This document shows, one piece after another, positions 37,466-48,633 of a stretch of 64,000 nt of DNA. The notes below the pieces were generated by a model that was not told where the DNA came from, ran no database searches, and saw only the letters and a list, made by a program, of their open reading frames with translations. This DNA is from Fistulifera solaris. Taxonomy: Eukaryota. The stretch lies in assembly GCA_030295235.1 (NCBI GenBank), contig AP026126.1:186001-250000 (forward strand), read 5' to 3'. How positions within the stretch are numbered: the first letter of the stretch is position 1; each line of letters opens with the position of its first letter. The translations under genes and the position numbers were made by a program.

Positions 37466-39250
37466 ATGCGTTCGTACGTTCTCGTCATGATACTGGTGGT
37501 GGTCCTTGTAGCAATCCGGTTCTATCAAATTATCTGGATCGGTCATCCAGATTATTCGTTTAGTAATGTAGAGAAAGAATCCAATGATTCACGCAGTAAT
37601 TCACTTAGCATATCACATATCACCGAATGTCTCGGTTTGAATTCGAACGAATGGATCCAAGGTCCGCGTCGCGGTAATGTGGATCATGAAATGGATGATG
37701 CTTTCCTTCAGACGATGATACTGAATGTACCTTATATATTGCGAGATGGAATCTCATCGATTTTAGATACGACATTATGCCATCGCGATTCGCGATTTCG
37801 GAATGAAACCGAACAGGATGATGAGGATGAAAGAACCATCCGACTTTGGGTAGTCCGATTAGTCTATCTGGCATTTCATTATCATCAACATCAATGGGCT
37901 GTTCCAGAAGCCGAGAAGCGTGGGGACAACTGCAAGTTGTCAGAACAAAGTATTGGGAAATTTGATTTCGAATGCCCCGACGCCAAATTTCTGTTGGTAC
38001 CTTTACGAGGACATGGACTTGGAGCCAATCTTCGTACCGACATTGTACCAGCACTCTTGGTGGCACTGGTGTCGAATCGAGTCGCTGTTTTCGTCAACAA
38101 TGCGCCCGAAGGAGATGAAGATGTCACCAAGCCGTGGCCGCTAGCGTCGTGTGATCGGAAGGACTATCAATGCTTTTATCTCCCCGAGACCCCTTGTACC
38201 TTGACCCTGCAAGATATCCGTGAAGCTCATGTATTCCAGAATCGGGTCGATTTCCGTCGGGCCCTCAAACAAAGTATCCTTCCCAGCGGGTTTCATGACA
38301 AAAAGGTCTGGCTGTTCAAACATACGTCCGGTCATACTATACAATTACCCAAATTGGCCGTCGCCAGACTCCAAAATTATTCAAATCACTTGTTGAATCA
38401 GTTACCTGACAATGATTATCGGCTGCCGACACTACGAAAGGCTGTGGAAGCGATAGGGTACGAAGATCCGCCGAGAGAAGGTCTCAATTATGCCATGGCG
38501 AATCTAAAAGTACATCATGCGTTAGAATTTTACGCCATGCGACCCAGTCTTCCAAGTAAACGGAAACTGAAGCAAATTTTGCAAGATGTATTACCCAACG
38601 ACTTTGATCCCGAATACACGGTTGGTTTACCAGTGCGAGGTAAGGTTGCGTACCGTGGCCGTGGTGTGCAATAGCAACGACAGGAAATGTGTCTCAGTTT
38701 GAAGCGTCTTTCTCAGCCTCCGACAAGTGTCGAAAAGAAAGCGAATGCATTAACTTTGAGCTACACATGCAAGCTGCTGCGGAAGTTTGGAACAAGCATC
38801 TGGATGCCACACACGGAACCCGAAATCCTGTCGTGCTTTTTTACATCGGAATCGCGCCAGGTGGTAGCCGAACAAAAACAGTTCACAAGCAATTCCTCGT
38901 TCTTTTACGAGCAACACAACCTCTCCTTTGCGTTTGACTTTGTCGTCAATCACCATGACGTGACACCCGACACGGGATATCTACCCGACGCCGCAGAAGC
39001 ATTCTCCGCCGATGACGCAATGCTTTCCGCCGTGTCGAGTTTTCAACTCCAACTACTGGCCAGGACATCAGTGGGGAACTGCTGCTCTCATTTTCACCAC
39101 CTACTGAACGATTTCCTCATCGAAGGCTGTGGTGCGACACACGAAAACCAATTTATGTGTTTGCAAGAATCGGCCGATCCGCTTTTGCATGTATGCTGTG
39201 CGTGGCATAGTGAATGTAAAAGGGCGAAAGCGTTGAAAGCACTGGAATAA
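37466..39250 (+). CDS. Type II membrane glycosyltransferase-like protein (GT23-like), paralog B
   Basis: Colinear with 25849-27688 (W.VRL.YLAFHYHQ, FDFEC, PL.SCDR.D.QCF, DVTPDTG, GNCCS.FH, CLQE). Intron at 38640-38716; frameshift near 38835. Confidence 0.7.
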
Positions 39251-39380
39251 ATGCAAGTATTTCTAATATTACGGCGTTACGGTATTGCGGCAACGCATAC
39301 GACGCGATCAAACATGTCATCAGCAAACTATAGATGCCGCTTAAGGGTACAGTCGGTCCAGCTAGATTGAGTGCTGCAAA

Positions 39381-40232
39381 TCACCTTCCGGGCGAGGTAC
39401 ATTCATCATGTACAGCTGCCGGAGCCAGTGTCTGGCCTCGAACAAATTGTTGACGACAGCAGGGACAACCTTGCGATTTCGTCGAATGCCGTAGTAGCCA
39501 CGGTTTAATACAATCGTCATGAAAGCAATGCACGCAACTTCTGTTTGGAGACCAGACAATAGTCTCGTCTACTTGGTAAGGTTCTCTGCAGATAGCACAT
39601 TCTTCCGACACGACTCGAAACTTCATTAATTCGGATGTCATGGATTCTCCAGGTCGGGGTACCATCCATTGAAGTCCATGATCCGGATCATTTCCGGTCT
39701 TCTTTTTCGAGTAATTTTCTAAAATATGATTTTCTTCTAGAACCATTGAAAATCCTTTTAATCTCTTCTCAAGTTTGCGTCTTCGGCGATTCAACGATTT
39801 CTCACTGCGGTCATCGTGTGGTGCTTCCCCGTAGTTCGACCAAACAAACGAAGCAATCGAAAGGCAAGCCGGAACGACGACTCCTAAAAAGATGGAAATC
39901 AGCCACGGAAGTACGACCCGGAAATGCCCCGAAAATAGCGTAGGCCCCAGCGCCAGCGCGGTCTGCTCCGAAGGCTGCCGTCCGTCCCATAAGGCCACCC
40001 ATACTTTTTCGAATTGCATTTCAAATTCACCAAAATCAATGACTCCCGCTAAATGAGGTTTTCCCTGCTGTTCATTGAGTTGCAATTTCATTGAAGAAAA
40101 AAGGATGTAAATGGAACCCAACGGCGCCAAACTGAGGAGCAGTACGACGAGTGAAAGGATTCGGGATGTCGCGGAACGTGTTGTTCGTAGAATCCGCCAG
40201 AGCTCATGGGAATGTGCTAAAACGATCGTCAT
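39381..40232 (-). CDS. Membrane-anchored RING-H2 E3 ligase-like protein
   Basis: CAIC...CVHCFHDDCIKPWL...CPCCR with upstream TM segments. Confidence 0.85.
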   Translation of the reverse strand: MTIVLAHSHELWRILRTTRSATSRILSLVVLLLSLAPLGSIYILFSSMKLQLNEQQGKPHLAGVIDFGEFEMQFEKVWVALWDGRQPSEQTALALGPTLFSGHFRVVLPWLISIFLGVVVPACLSIASFVWSNYGEAPHDDRSEKSLNRRRRKLEKRLKGFSMVLEENHILENYSKKKTGNDPDHGLQWMVPRPGESMTSELMKFRVVSEECAICREPYQVDETIVWSPNRSCVHCFHDDCIKPWLLRHSTKSQGCPCCRQQFVRGQTLAPAAVHDECTSPGR

Positions 40233-40944
40233 TGCGTGGATTCAAGAAATACAATTGATCTGCTCTTTTTTCTTGTAGAGGTTACTGATGGAGGACGGCA
40301 ATGGTAAGATGACGACTCGAAAGGAAAGAATAATACCCGGTAGATCAGAGGAGCACGTCTAAACAACAAAACAACAGAGAGTGAATCTGACGAAAATGGA
40401 GCTTGCGGCGCATGTTTTGGCATCCTGCCAAAATCTACGGCAGCATTTCTAATGGCGAACCATGCGAACAGAAAAGACTTCGGTTGGTCCAGTAGCGCAT
40501 GAAGTCCTCTGGTACTTTTGAGTTAATAGAAATGGTTTTAGTATGCAAGAATTAGAAATTTTTTTGGCCTTTTTCGTCCAATGCATGTGCATTATGTTCC
40601 GACTTTCGGTATCGTTTAAGCTCCCAGCAGAAAAGTAAAGAAGACATTAGGCATGTCACATAAGTGATAATCAACAAACGCTAACTAAACTGTGTTGTTA
40701 TTGTCCACCTTAGCTTTCCAATTACAGAGATAAACTGCAACGGAATTTCTTCTTCTTGATATCTATCGCTTTAAGAGTGTCTCGATAGTCTGGACTTGAG
40801 ACATTCATACGCGCTTTAATCTTTTATCTTGCCGCCGGACGCAGGATGCACTATAACCTCTGCAACAAAACACAAAACCTGCATCCATTTTTTTGCCTAC
40901 CTGGTAGCCATTTTCGTGATGACGGGCAACCATCATGTCGTGCC

Positions 40945-41961
40945 ATGCGCCCAATAACCAAACTCATTCTTTATGCTTCTTTTACGCTGTTACTGATCGA
41001 AAACGTCCTGGTAGGATTCTATTGGATGGGCACAATTAGTGTGCAGGAATTTCCGGCTCCTCCCTCGTTTCCTCCACGGCGATTGACTCTTGCTGAATTG
41101 ACGGCCAGCAGTAACAAGCATTGTCAATCTCCATTACTGCACATCGACAATCAACAAATTTCTCTGCCGCGAAAGGCCCCTAGCAGCAAAGAAATACCGC
41201 ATATCATCCATCAAACATCGAAATCACGATGCGTGACGCCACGATTGGCAAAAGCTATTCAGACATGGCAAACATGGTCCGAGTGGGAGTATTATTTTCA
41301 TGACGACGAAGCCGTCGACCGTCTCATTCAACAATCTGCGCAACATTTCTCCTTATTGGGTGATCTGTACCCTCATTGCTTAGTACATGGCACAGTGCGA
41401 GCCGATTTGTGGCGTTATTTGATTCTTTGGGAATACGGAGGTGTGTATGCCGACGTGGATGCCGTACCCGCTTCGTTCACGCCCGACTGGCTCAAAGATA
41501 ATGATGCGTTCTTTGTGGTAGAGCAGTACCACTTATTGAGCCAGTATTTTATCGCCGTAACGCCCCGGCATCCATTGATGTGGTACGCGATTCAAGTTGC
41601 TTTAAGTAATTTATGGAAACTCAGTGACACGGGCGGTGTCGCGGCGGCTGTCACGACAGGACCTCATGCACTCCACCAAGCCTTCACGTTGTTTGCAAAG
41701 GACGGTGGGTTGGTTATAGAACCTGCAAGACCCGGAGAAAAGCCGGTAAAGGCTGGTACATACGTAGGGACGCAAGGGCGCTCTGTAACAGCCATGGGTG
41801 TCGCTGAACGACAAAATGAAATTATTGATCGAGATGTTCTGGGAAACTTCAAAAAGCGAGAATATAGTAGACTGAATATGACATTTCATCAAGACGACAA
41901 AAAGAAACTATCGAGGAAGGCGTGCTTCGCAGCCATTCAGGAATCAAAATTTGGCAAGTGA
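40945..41961 (+). CDS. DXD-motif glycosyltransferase (GT32-like)
   Basis: IPHIIHQT, RADLWRYLILWEYGGVYADVD, TTGP; N-terminal TM. Confidence 0.9.
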   Translation: MRPITKLILYASFTLLLIENVLVGFYWMGTISVQEFPAPPSFPPRRLTLAELTASSNKHCQSPLLHIDNQQISLPRKAPSSKEIPHIIHQTSKSRCVTPRLAKAIQTWQTWSEWEYYFHDDEAVDRLIQQSAQHFSLLGDLYPHCLVHGTVRADLWRYLILWEYGGVYADVDAVPASFTPDWLKDNDAFFVVEQYHLLSQYFIAVTPRHPLMWYAIQVALSNLWKLSDTGGVAAAVTTGPHALHQAFTLFAKDGGLVIEPARPGEKPVKAGTYVGTQGRSVTAMGVAERQNEIIDRDVLGNFKKREYSRLNMTFHQDDKKKLSRKACFAAIQESKFGK

Positions 41962-42002
41962 AGTGCAACAAATTTTGAGCAGCATGGGATGAAAACTATA
42001 AG

Positions 42003-42866
42003 TCAGATAAAGCACTTGAAACTACTCTTATGCATCGGCGTTCCCTCCGGAAAATGTCGATTCATGAAACGACTAGCCGCGATAGCGCCCAAGATCTGGC
42101 CTGTGAGGTGAGAGGACTCCACTTTTTCTCCTCGAAATGCTTGAGACAAGAGAAAGAATGGATGCAAAGTACTGGTTATTCCCACAGAGGCGTGACAGTA
42201 CAGAGGGTACATGATAATGGACGTCCAATGTACGGAAATGTGGTTGATCGTCAATAGGACCGGAATCACGCGCATCCCCACCACAAACGAAAAAGTCAAT
42301 AGCGCTTCATGAGTTACAACAGACATACTTGAGCACTCGTCTTTGTATTGAATAACAGGTAGTATGTGCGAGTAGTTCTCGTTGGAAACGAAATGGTGAA
42401 TCCAGCCAAATATCACTGTCGATATCAGCAGGTGTGTAGCCGCCACGCCCAAGAGCTCTTTCAAAGTCAATAGTCCCATTTGCTGTTGAGATAGGCGGTA
42501 AGAAAAATTGGGCATGATGTTTGTTCTTTTTTGAAGGAAGAGAAGCATCCAAGGTGGGGAGAGCGAAAGGGCGGGATATCGAAATGATTTGATATCACCC
42601 AACAAAATACCCAAAAGCCACCGGAACGGCATCGTCAAGGTGGAAGTGAACCAGTACTTGTCCCACAGATTCAATTGCAAGACAAGGACTCGTATCAGAA
42701 CAAATGCAAGAGTATGAGCCGCCACAACGACTGATTCAAGAAGAAGAAAGCCAATGAATTGCGTATCTTCACCCACAAAGCTGTCTCCGGTTTCTTGACG
42801 TTCGTTTTCTCTACTTCGTCGCAATTCTTTCCTTGAAGTGTCGACTTCCAGTTTGTTGCGAGCCAT
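42003..42866 (-). CDS. Divergent MIP/aquaporin-like membrane protein
   Basis: About six hydrophobic segments, EALLTF in the helix-4 position, C-terminal GQILGAIAA; NPA positions read SPP and HPF. Confidence 0.5.
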   Translation of the reverse strand: MARNKLEVDTSRKELRRSRENERQETGDSFVGEDTQFIGFLLLESVVVAAHTLAFVLIRVLVLQLNLWDKYWFTSTLTMPFRWLLGILLGDIKSFRYPALSLSPPWMLLFLQKRTNIMPNFSYRLSQQQMGLLTLKELLGVAATHLLISTVIFGWIHHFVSNENYSHILPVIQYKDECSSMSVVTHEALLTFSFVVGMRVIPVLLTINHISVHWTSIIMYPLYCHASVGITSTLHPFFLLSQAFRGEKVESSHLTGQILGAIAASRFMNRHFPEGTPMHKSSFKCFI

Positions 42867-43287
42867 TCTTCAAATCAGAAATGTCGTTAGTAAATTGTTA
42901 ACAGTTTCACCAGGTAAGGCTACAGCGACGCACATGAAAGTCTTTCTGGAAGAAACACGGTGTGCCATCGAGCGAAGAAATGCTTCCACGTTGTTGCGAA
43001 AAGCGAAAAAGAAAGAATTCTACACAGTAACAGTACGACTCTCAAAGACCAAAAGACGTTTCATGAATACTACGTAATCATAACGAAGAACTAGGATGCT
43101 TCTGCAATTTTGAAACGACTGACGAAAAAAGTGGCGCAGGTCTCCTGGTTTTAAGAAAGTAAAAATTCGAAAGCATCAAATTTGAATTTACGCAATGACA
43201 TGCATTGATCCCGTAAGTGTTTCGATATAGCACGAAAAAGTCATGCAGATTCCCATTCTATCCAAAGGTATTTTTTATGTCGACGGG

Positions 43288-44059
43288 TTACATACGACGG
43301 TGAATGTATTGCGGATCCCACGCTTGCAAGCGATACAATGCTTCCAACACATAACGATCCTCCCCAGCGGCCTCCGCGGCCTTGGGGTCCAGTCCAATCC
43401 ATCGATAATTTTCTGACTGGTCATCCAGCTTGATATCGGTGGCATCCTCTAAAATTTCGACCAGAACAATCGGATTGACCGTTTGCGTGCCTTTCGATTC
43501 TTCTGTATCCCAACTTGATCGTGGAAAGAAAGTATTCCACACTCCCAGTACTTGAATTGGCTTCACGTTGGATAATCCTGTTTCCTGGAAAGCCTTTCGT
43601 TGGGCGGCCGCAAAGAATGTTTCTCCTTTCAATAAACGACCTCCCGGAAGCCACCAGAGTCCTTTTGCCGGTTCGCTGCTACGCTCCACGACCAACGTTT
43701 CCTTGCGCCCGGCGTTGTATCGCACTAGCAGTATATCGACACAACACACCACCGTATCGCGGACCAAATTTCCGTACACGTCCGCAGGCAAGAATTTGCG
43801 ACGATCGGTAATGGTGGTTAATTCGTTTTCATCACCATAAAACAAGGAAAGATCATTGCCTTCTACGGTGGCACCCGCTTTCAACAACAAGTTGAGACGG
43901 CATTCTGGCGTACTCTCACGCACACATTATTTGTCCACGAAACATCGTACCATTTTTGCGTCGTTTGCCTTGCGTCCAGCGTTCGTACAAATTCTGCATT
44001 AAAAAGGATGCCAGGACTCCCGCAGCAAACGGAATCAAGGAGCTGTGAGATGGAGGCAT
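43288..44059 (-). CDS. Nudix hydrolase, GDP-mannose mannosyl hydrolase-like
   Basis: CVDILL, R..EPAKGLWWLPGGR..KGE...AA.RK...ETG, LDDQ. Upstream ATG at 44059 needs a frameshift near 43925. Confidence 0.8.
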
Positions 44060-44512
44060 TCTCTCTGTGATTTCGAAAGCCAAGAAGAAAAAGGTTGTTC
44101 TTATTATGTGAATACAATAATAATATGATAATTACGTGTGTCGTTTTTGTCCTTTTCGCACTTTTGCAAAGGAAGAATGAGCGCGAAAGAGGGGATTGAA
44201 AATAAGGTCCAGTAAGTTCGGGAAGGACGTTAAAATTCTGCCTCCCAGTACAAGATTCCACGTTGCGTCTACGACGAGGCAGAATTTTAACGCCGTTCCC
44301 CCGGTGTGTGTGGTAAGTACCCTTATCCGGTACTCCGTACTGTGAAACAGGTTGAGCAGATGTCTTGCTTCACGATCGACGATCGAGATTGACGTAGAAA
44401 AACGTCACCATGTTGTGCATGCCGCAGAACAGCAACCACATTGAGCTCGTAAAACCGCGTATTTCACTTAAAAAAGCAAACTCTTTCGTTCAATAAGCTT
44501 TTTTATGAAGAC

Positions 44513-45721
44513 ATGAGAAGGCAAGGCTCATCGTGTATGCTTCTACCGAAAAGCGGCGATGCGTCCAAGACTCGTTCCGTCACCATCATCAATCGCGAAG
44601 ATCTCCCTTCGTATTCCTGTGAACGTTTTTATCTTTTGAGTGAACTGCAACAACGCGCGCATTCTTCCGTGTTTCTCTCCGATCACCTTCAGGAAGACAA
44701 CTCAACGCAGGGTACCACATCGACGGCACCGGACGACGACAGTGATCTAACTGGAGAGCATCTGGGGCAATTTGCTCTGTTGTACTTGTTTTGGAAGCCA
44801 GACATGACGGACGATTCGACGGTATTTATCGAACAGCATATTTTGCCGCAAGTGCAGCAGTTGCAGAGTCTACGAACGGTAGTCACTTCGATGCCTAGTC
44901 TCGATCGACCGAGCATAAGTGGAATAATACACAGGAGGAAAAATGAAGATTCCCAAGTAGAGGTAGATCACTATGATGATGATGATGCCAAAGACGAGGA
45001 AGGGGAGGCTACTATTAGTATTTATATAGTGGTAGATCGGCTCTGTGCTTGTGGACCAGTGGATGCATCCGATCCCCTCGAGAGCACACGAAAGCAGGAA
45101 CAACTTTATCATAACGAAGAAATCAAGATTGAGGACCTGGCTAAAAAAGTGGCAATCCATGAACAGCTCCGAGACTTGTGTGAGGGCATCACCGTTGGTC
45201 TTTCTAATCACGAGCGCTGTGCTCCGGGATTGGAAGCTTGTGCGGATGCTGTGGCATGGGGTGCCAAAGAACGTCGGACGGCACTCGCGTCGATGAAAAC
45301 AGAAGACGACGGAAGGTCCGCCTTGGGAATCGTTGCAAACGAACCCAATGACCTTCTTGGCTTACAATCCGAATCAACGACGGATGCTGCACAAGGCGTG
45401 ATGCAAATGCGTCTATCGACAGAGTGGAATGGACAAGGGAACCTGAAATCATTTGCCGAGCGTGCTCAGTCGTTCTGGCGTCAACAACACGGTCTTGTTG
45501 ATATTCAAAAACTGACTTGTCGTAGAATCATTTCTAGGAAACGACGTTTACCGGCTGGGATGAATCCCGGAGAAATGAACGATTTTTTCATCAATGGACT
45601 TGCTCTTCTCTTCATCGTTGGCTATCTTTTCTTTCATCTCCGGAATGATATGCACAACTTGATATACTATTTCGACCCATCCAATTGGGACAACTTCATT
45701 CAGCGATTGCGTTCATTGTAG
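44513..45721 (+). CDS. Hypothetical protein with C-terminal TM helix
   Basis: Intact 402-aa ATG ORF; hydrophobic FFINGLALLFIVGYLFF near the end; no family recognised. Confidence 0.65.
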   Translation: MRRQGSSCMLLPKSGDASKTRSVTIINREDLPSYSCERFYLLSELQQRAHSSVFLSDHLQEDNSTQGTTSTAPDDDSDLTGEHLGQFALLYLFWKPDMTDDSTVFIEQHILPQVQQLQSLRTVVTSMPSLDRPSISGIIHRRKNEDSQVEVDHYDDDDAKDEEGEATISIYIVVDRLCACGPVDASDPLESTRKQEQLYHNEEIKIEDLAKKVAIHEQLRDLCEGITVGLSNHERCAPGLEACADAVAWGAKERRTALASMKTEDDGRSALGIVANEPNDLLGLQSESTTDAAQGVMQMRLSTEWNGQGNLKSFAERAQSFWRQQHGLVDIQKLTCRRIISRKRRLPAGMNPGEMNDFFINGLALLFIVGYLFFHLRNDMHNLIYYFDPSNWDNFIQRLRSL

Positions 45722-46364
45722 AGATTTACACCTTTCTGTTTGCCGCTAGCCACTGTGAAATTCATATTGATACTAATAATAAAATGATAGCCACTATTCA
45801 GTATCCCCTGCTCTGTATGTCATTTTGTTTAGCGACTGAATCCTTCATCGCTTTGTGAATCAGATCACAAACCTATTAGTCTTCGAAGTTCAATCTATGG
45901 GTTAGTTTTCTCGTAGCTAGCTCGCTGTTCCTCTCTAGCTATTGCTTGTAATGATTCATGTTTCACTCCTCTAGAGCGCTTATCTCTCAAAAAACAATGG
46001 ATTTGCTTGATAAACCTATCAAATGGAAAGTACGTGTACAACCCTCACTAGTCTAGAAATCGTTCACAAGTACCAGGTACCTGGTACACATCAGCGCATT
46101 TATCTTGTGTGTGTAAAGTTGATACCGCTACGATAAGAGACTCGGGAGCGAGTTCCGGGAAGGGCGAGCACAAAGAAAGCTCCACGCAGGAAGATGAGGG
46201 GATTATGCCCTTACATTCATTAATGCATGGTGTGTAGTGTGTAGGCCCTCTCGTACCGGTACCTTAAAGTATTGTTCGACATTACTATATTATACTTTGA
46301 TGTGCGCGTTTTTAATATGCCTCTCTACATTCTTCGCCCACGCCGATAATTAGTTAGACTGAAA

Positions 46365-46611
46365 ACTCTCATCAAATTCTGATGAAAGTGTACTACTTCA
46401 TCAAGCAACGGAAATTTTCGTCGAAATGTGATGGAAGTAGTAGACTTTCATCAGAATTTGACGAAAGTTGAAAACTTTCAGCAAGGCCGCGTTTAAGTGC
46501 AGAACAACTTTCATCAAATTTTGATGAAAATCTACTACTTTCATCAGATTTCAGTAAAAGTGTACAACTTTCAGGTTCCAACGGAAAATTTCATCAAAAT
46601 TTGATGAAAGT
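46365..46611. repeat. Array of degenerate 25-bp palindromes ACTTTCATCA-N5-TGATGAAAGT at ~30-bp period
   Basis: Units start at 46365, 46414, 46444, 46474, 46507, 46537, 46567 (partial) and 46587. Confidence 0.9.
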
Positions 46612-46953
46612 TGAGTACGCTTATTATATACAGTCTGCGCTTATTCCAACAAACTTTACTTAGAGGAAGATATTTAAGCCCATAGTTTCCGGTTTTACCT
46701 TAGTGCAGATCTACATGATCTGGCATTCAATTGTACTTTGTTGTATTCTGAGTCGTGACGTGGTGTGACATTTCCCGCATCTTCCAGGGAAAAGACGCCG
46801 TAGGCGGTTAGTACAAGTACCAGGTACAAAGGAGTCCGTCACCAGTGGTAGATTGTCACCACGAGGTGGACAAACGGCGCTCTAGTGAATACATCTAGGC
46901 CCTCTTCAAACATAAGATAATTATAGATCTCTTATCACCGACTAGTTCATCCT

Positions 46954-47576
46954 TCACAATGGAGAACAGAGCAAAGCCAAAACAACAGTAGCTATGATCG
47001 CCGTTAAATACTTGGATCCGCAAGCAGCCGCTGCGGATGGTGCAGAAGGAGGAGCCGCCGGTTGGCCATCAACTGGGGAAGGAATTGGTGCTTCGACATC
47101 AAGTGGAGCAGGCTCATTAGGGTCAGTAGGAGGCTCAACGTCAACCGGAGAAGCAACAGGAGCGTCAGTGGTAGCTGTGCCTGTGGGACAACCACAAAGT
47201 TCGGCAACTGCGGTAAACTCTGAACAAGCATATTCGCCGGAACCTGCACCAGAAAAGTAAACACCACAAGGATCACCTTCGACTTCTAATTCAAAATCCG
47301 GAGGACGACTTCCATCGGCACAAAAGAGCACCCTCCAGGAGGTAGTGGGCATCCGCATTGAATGCCCGCGTAAAAGTAACCGTCGCATGACTCGTCTGGT
47401 CCGGCCAATATCCCAAGAGTGAGCACATCGGCACAAGTCAAACCTCCTAAGCCCGCAGGCACAAAACTAAGATATTCCGACGGGGGTAAAGATTCGTCGT
47501 AACAGAGAGAACACGGGCCCGCACCAGTGCATCCCAGGAGCAGAGCAAAAAAGAAGGACGAGTAACAGTAGCGCAT
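46954..47576 (-). CDS. Secreted, probably GPI-anchored protein with two Cys-rich CxxC...CGCP repeats
   Basis: Signal peptide; CSLCYD...TC...C...CGCP and CxxCADG...C...C...CGCP; Pro/Ala/Asp stalk; hydrophobic tail; frameshift near 47325-47335. Confidence 0.75.
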
Positions 47577-47700
47577 TATCAAAAGATATTTTTACTGTTG
47601 CTTTGCTAAGTATAACAAGCCCGTATGATTTCGGACAGAGTTTCCGAGATTTTGTGAGACGAGCGGATTGCGAATTGCGATGAGGAATGAGGATGGATGA

Positions 47701-47897
47701 GGCTGAGGATTGCGAACAAGACGCCTTCGAAAGCCTACTGAAACTTCCTGTAGACTAGACAAATCTTTCTGGTTGGGCGGAATAGGCTGAGGATTGCGAA
47801 CAAGACGCCTTCGAAAGCCTACTGAAACTTCCTGTAGACTAGACAAATCTTTCTGGTTGGGCGGAATAGGCTGAGGATTGCGAACAAGACGCCTTCG
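47701..47897. repeat. 84-bp tandem repeat (2.3 identical copies)
   Basis: Copies start at 47701, 47785 and 47869 (GGCTGAGGATTGCGAACAAGACGCCTTCG...). Confidence 0.95.
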
Positions 47898-48070
47898 TGG
47901 TTCGTGGGCGGATGAGGGATGAGGCGGATTGCGAACAAGGAACAAGACGCCTTCGAAATTTCTTGTTGAGCGGAGAAACCTGAAAAAGTATCTTTTGACC
48001 GATCGGCGATCGGCCTCTCGACAGTGGAGGCCATTTCTCTGTCCTGTCTATATGCTATATACCACTAACT

Positions 48071-48633
48071 TATAGTTCGGCACGTGTTTATTTGGTCAAT
48101 AAACATAAACTGTTTAAACGGTTTATAAACGTGTTTATTTGTTTACGATTTTTCATAAACATGTTTATGCCTTTAGCGTCTGTGCGTGGTACGGGTTTGT
48201 GCGTGCATTGTGTGCATGCGTGAATCATTACAGAGCAACCAAATCATGGTTTTCGAAGCCCTGAGCATTGAACCAGCTACACAACCTTGACATGAACAGC
48301 TCAAAAGCTTGAATGATCTCAAAATCATTCGTTATGCTTTGGATAGCCGGGTTGCCATTCAACCAAAAGTCCGCTAAATATAGATAATTTGATGAAAAAC
48401 TTGAAAAGGCGCATAAACTCATCCAACATTCAAGGCTTACCATCAAAACAGTTGTTGACCATGCAAATGTGCAGCAATTTACCATGCTTAGATAATCATT
48501 GAAAGACGGGATAACCCCTGCTGGTGCGAGCGGGACGAGGGACAGACAATAAACTGAATAAACTTGCATAAACATGCATAAACTTGCATAAACTGCATAC
48601 GATTTTTCATAAACATGTTTATGACGAACTATA
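48071..48633. mobile_element. Non-autonomous DNA transposon (MITE), 563 bp, with 8-bp TSD
   Basis: Termini TATAGTTCG / CGAACTATA; perfect direct repeat CACTAACT at 48063-48070 and 48634-48641; clustered ATAAAC/GTTTAT subterminal motifs. Confidence 0.88.

Noticed and set aside
46365..46611. Palindromic array as CRISPR
   Set aside because: Spacers are only about 5 bp and the units are degenerate.
47592..47945. 117-aa ORF with repeated peptide
   Set aside because: By-product of an 84-bp (multiple of 3) repeat; non-ATG start and no protein features.
47701..47960. Repeat-spacer-like pattern resembling a CRISPR array
   Set aside because: The intervening segments are identical, so it is a tandem duplication; eukaryotic context and no cas genes.
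48228..48575. ORF inside the MITE as a transposase
   Set aside because: No DDE, BED or THAP motif visible; the opposite strand has stops.
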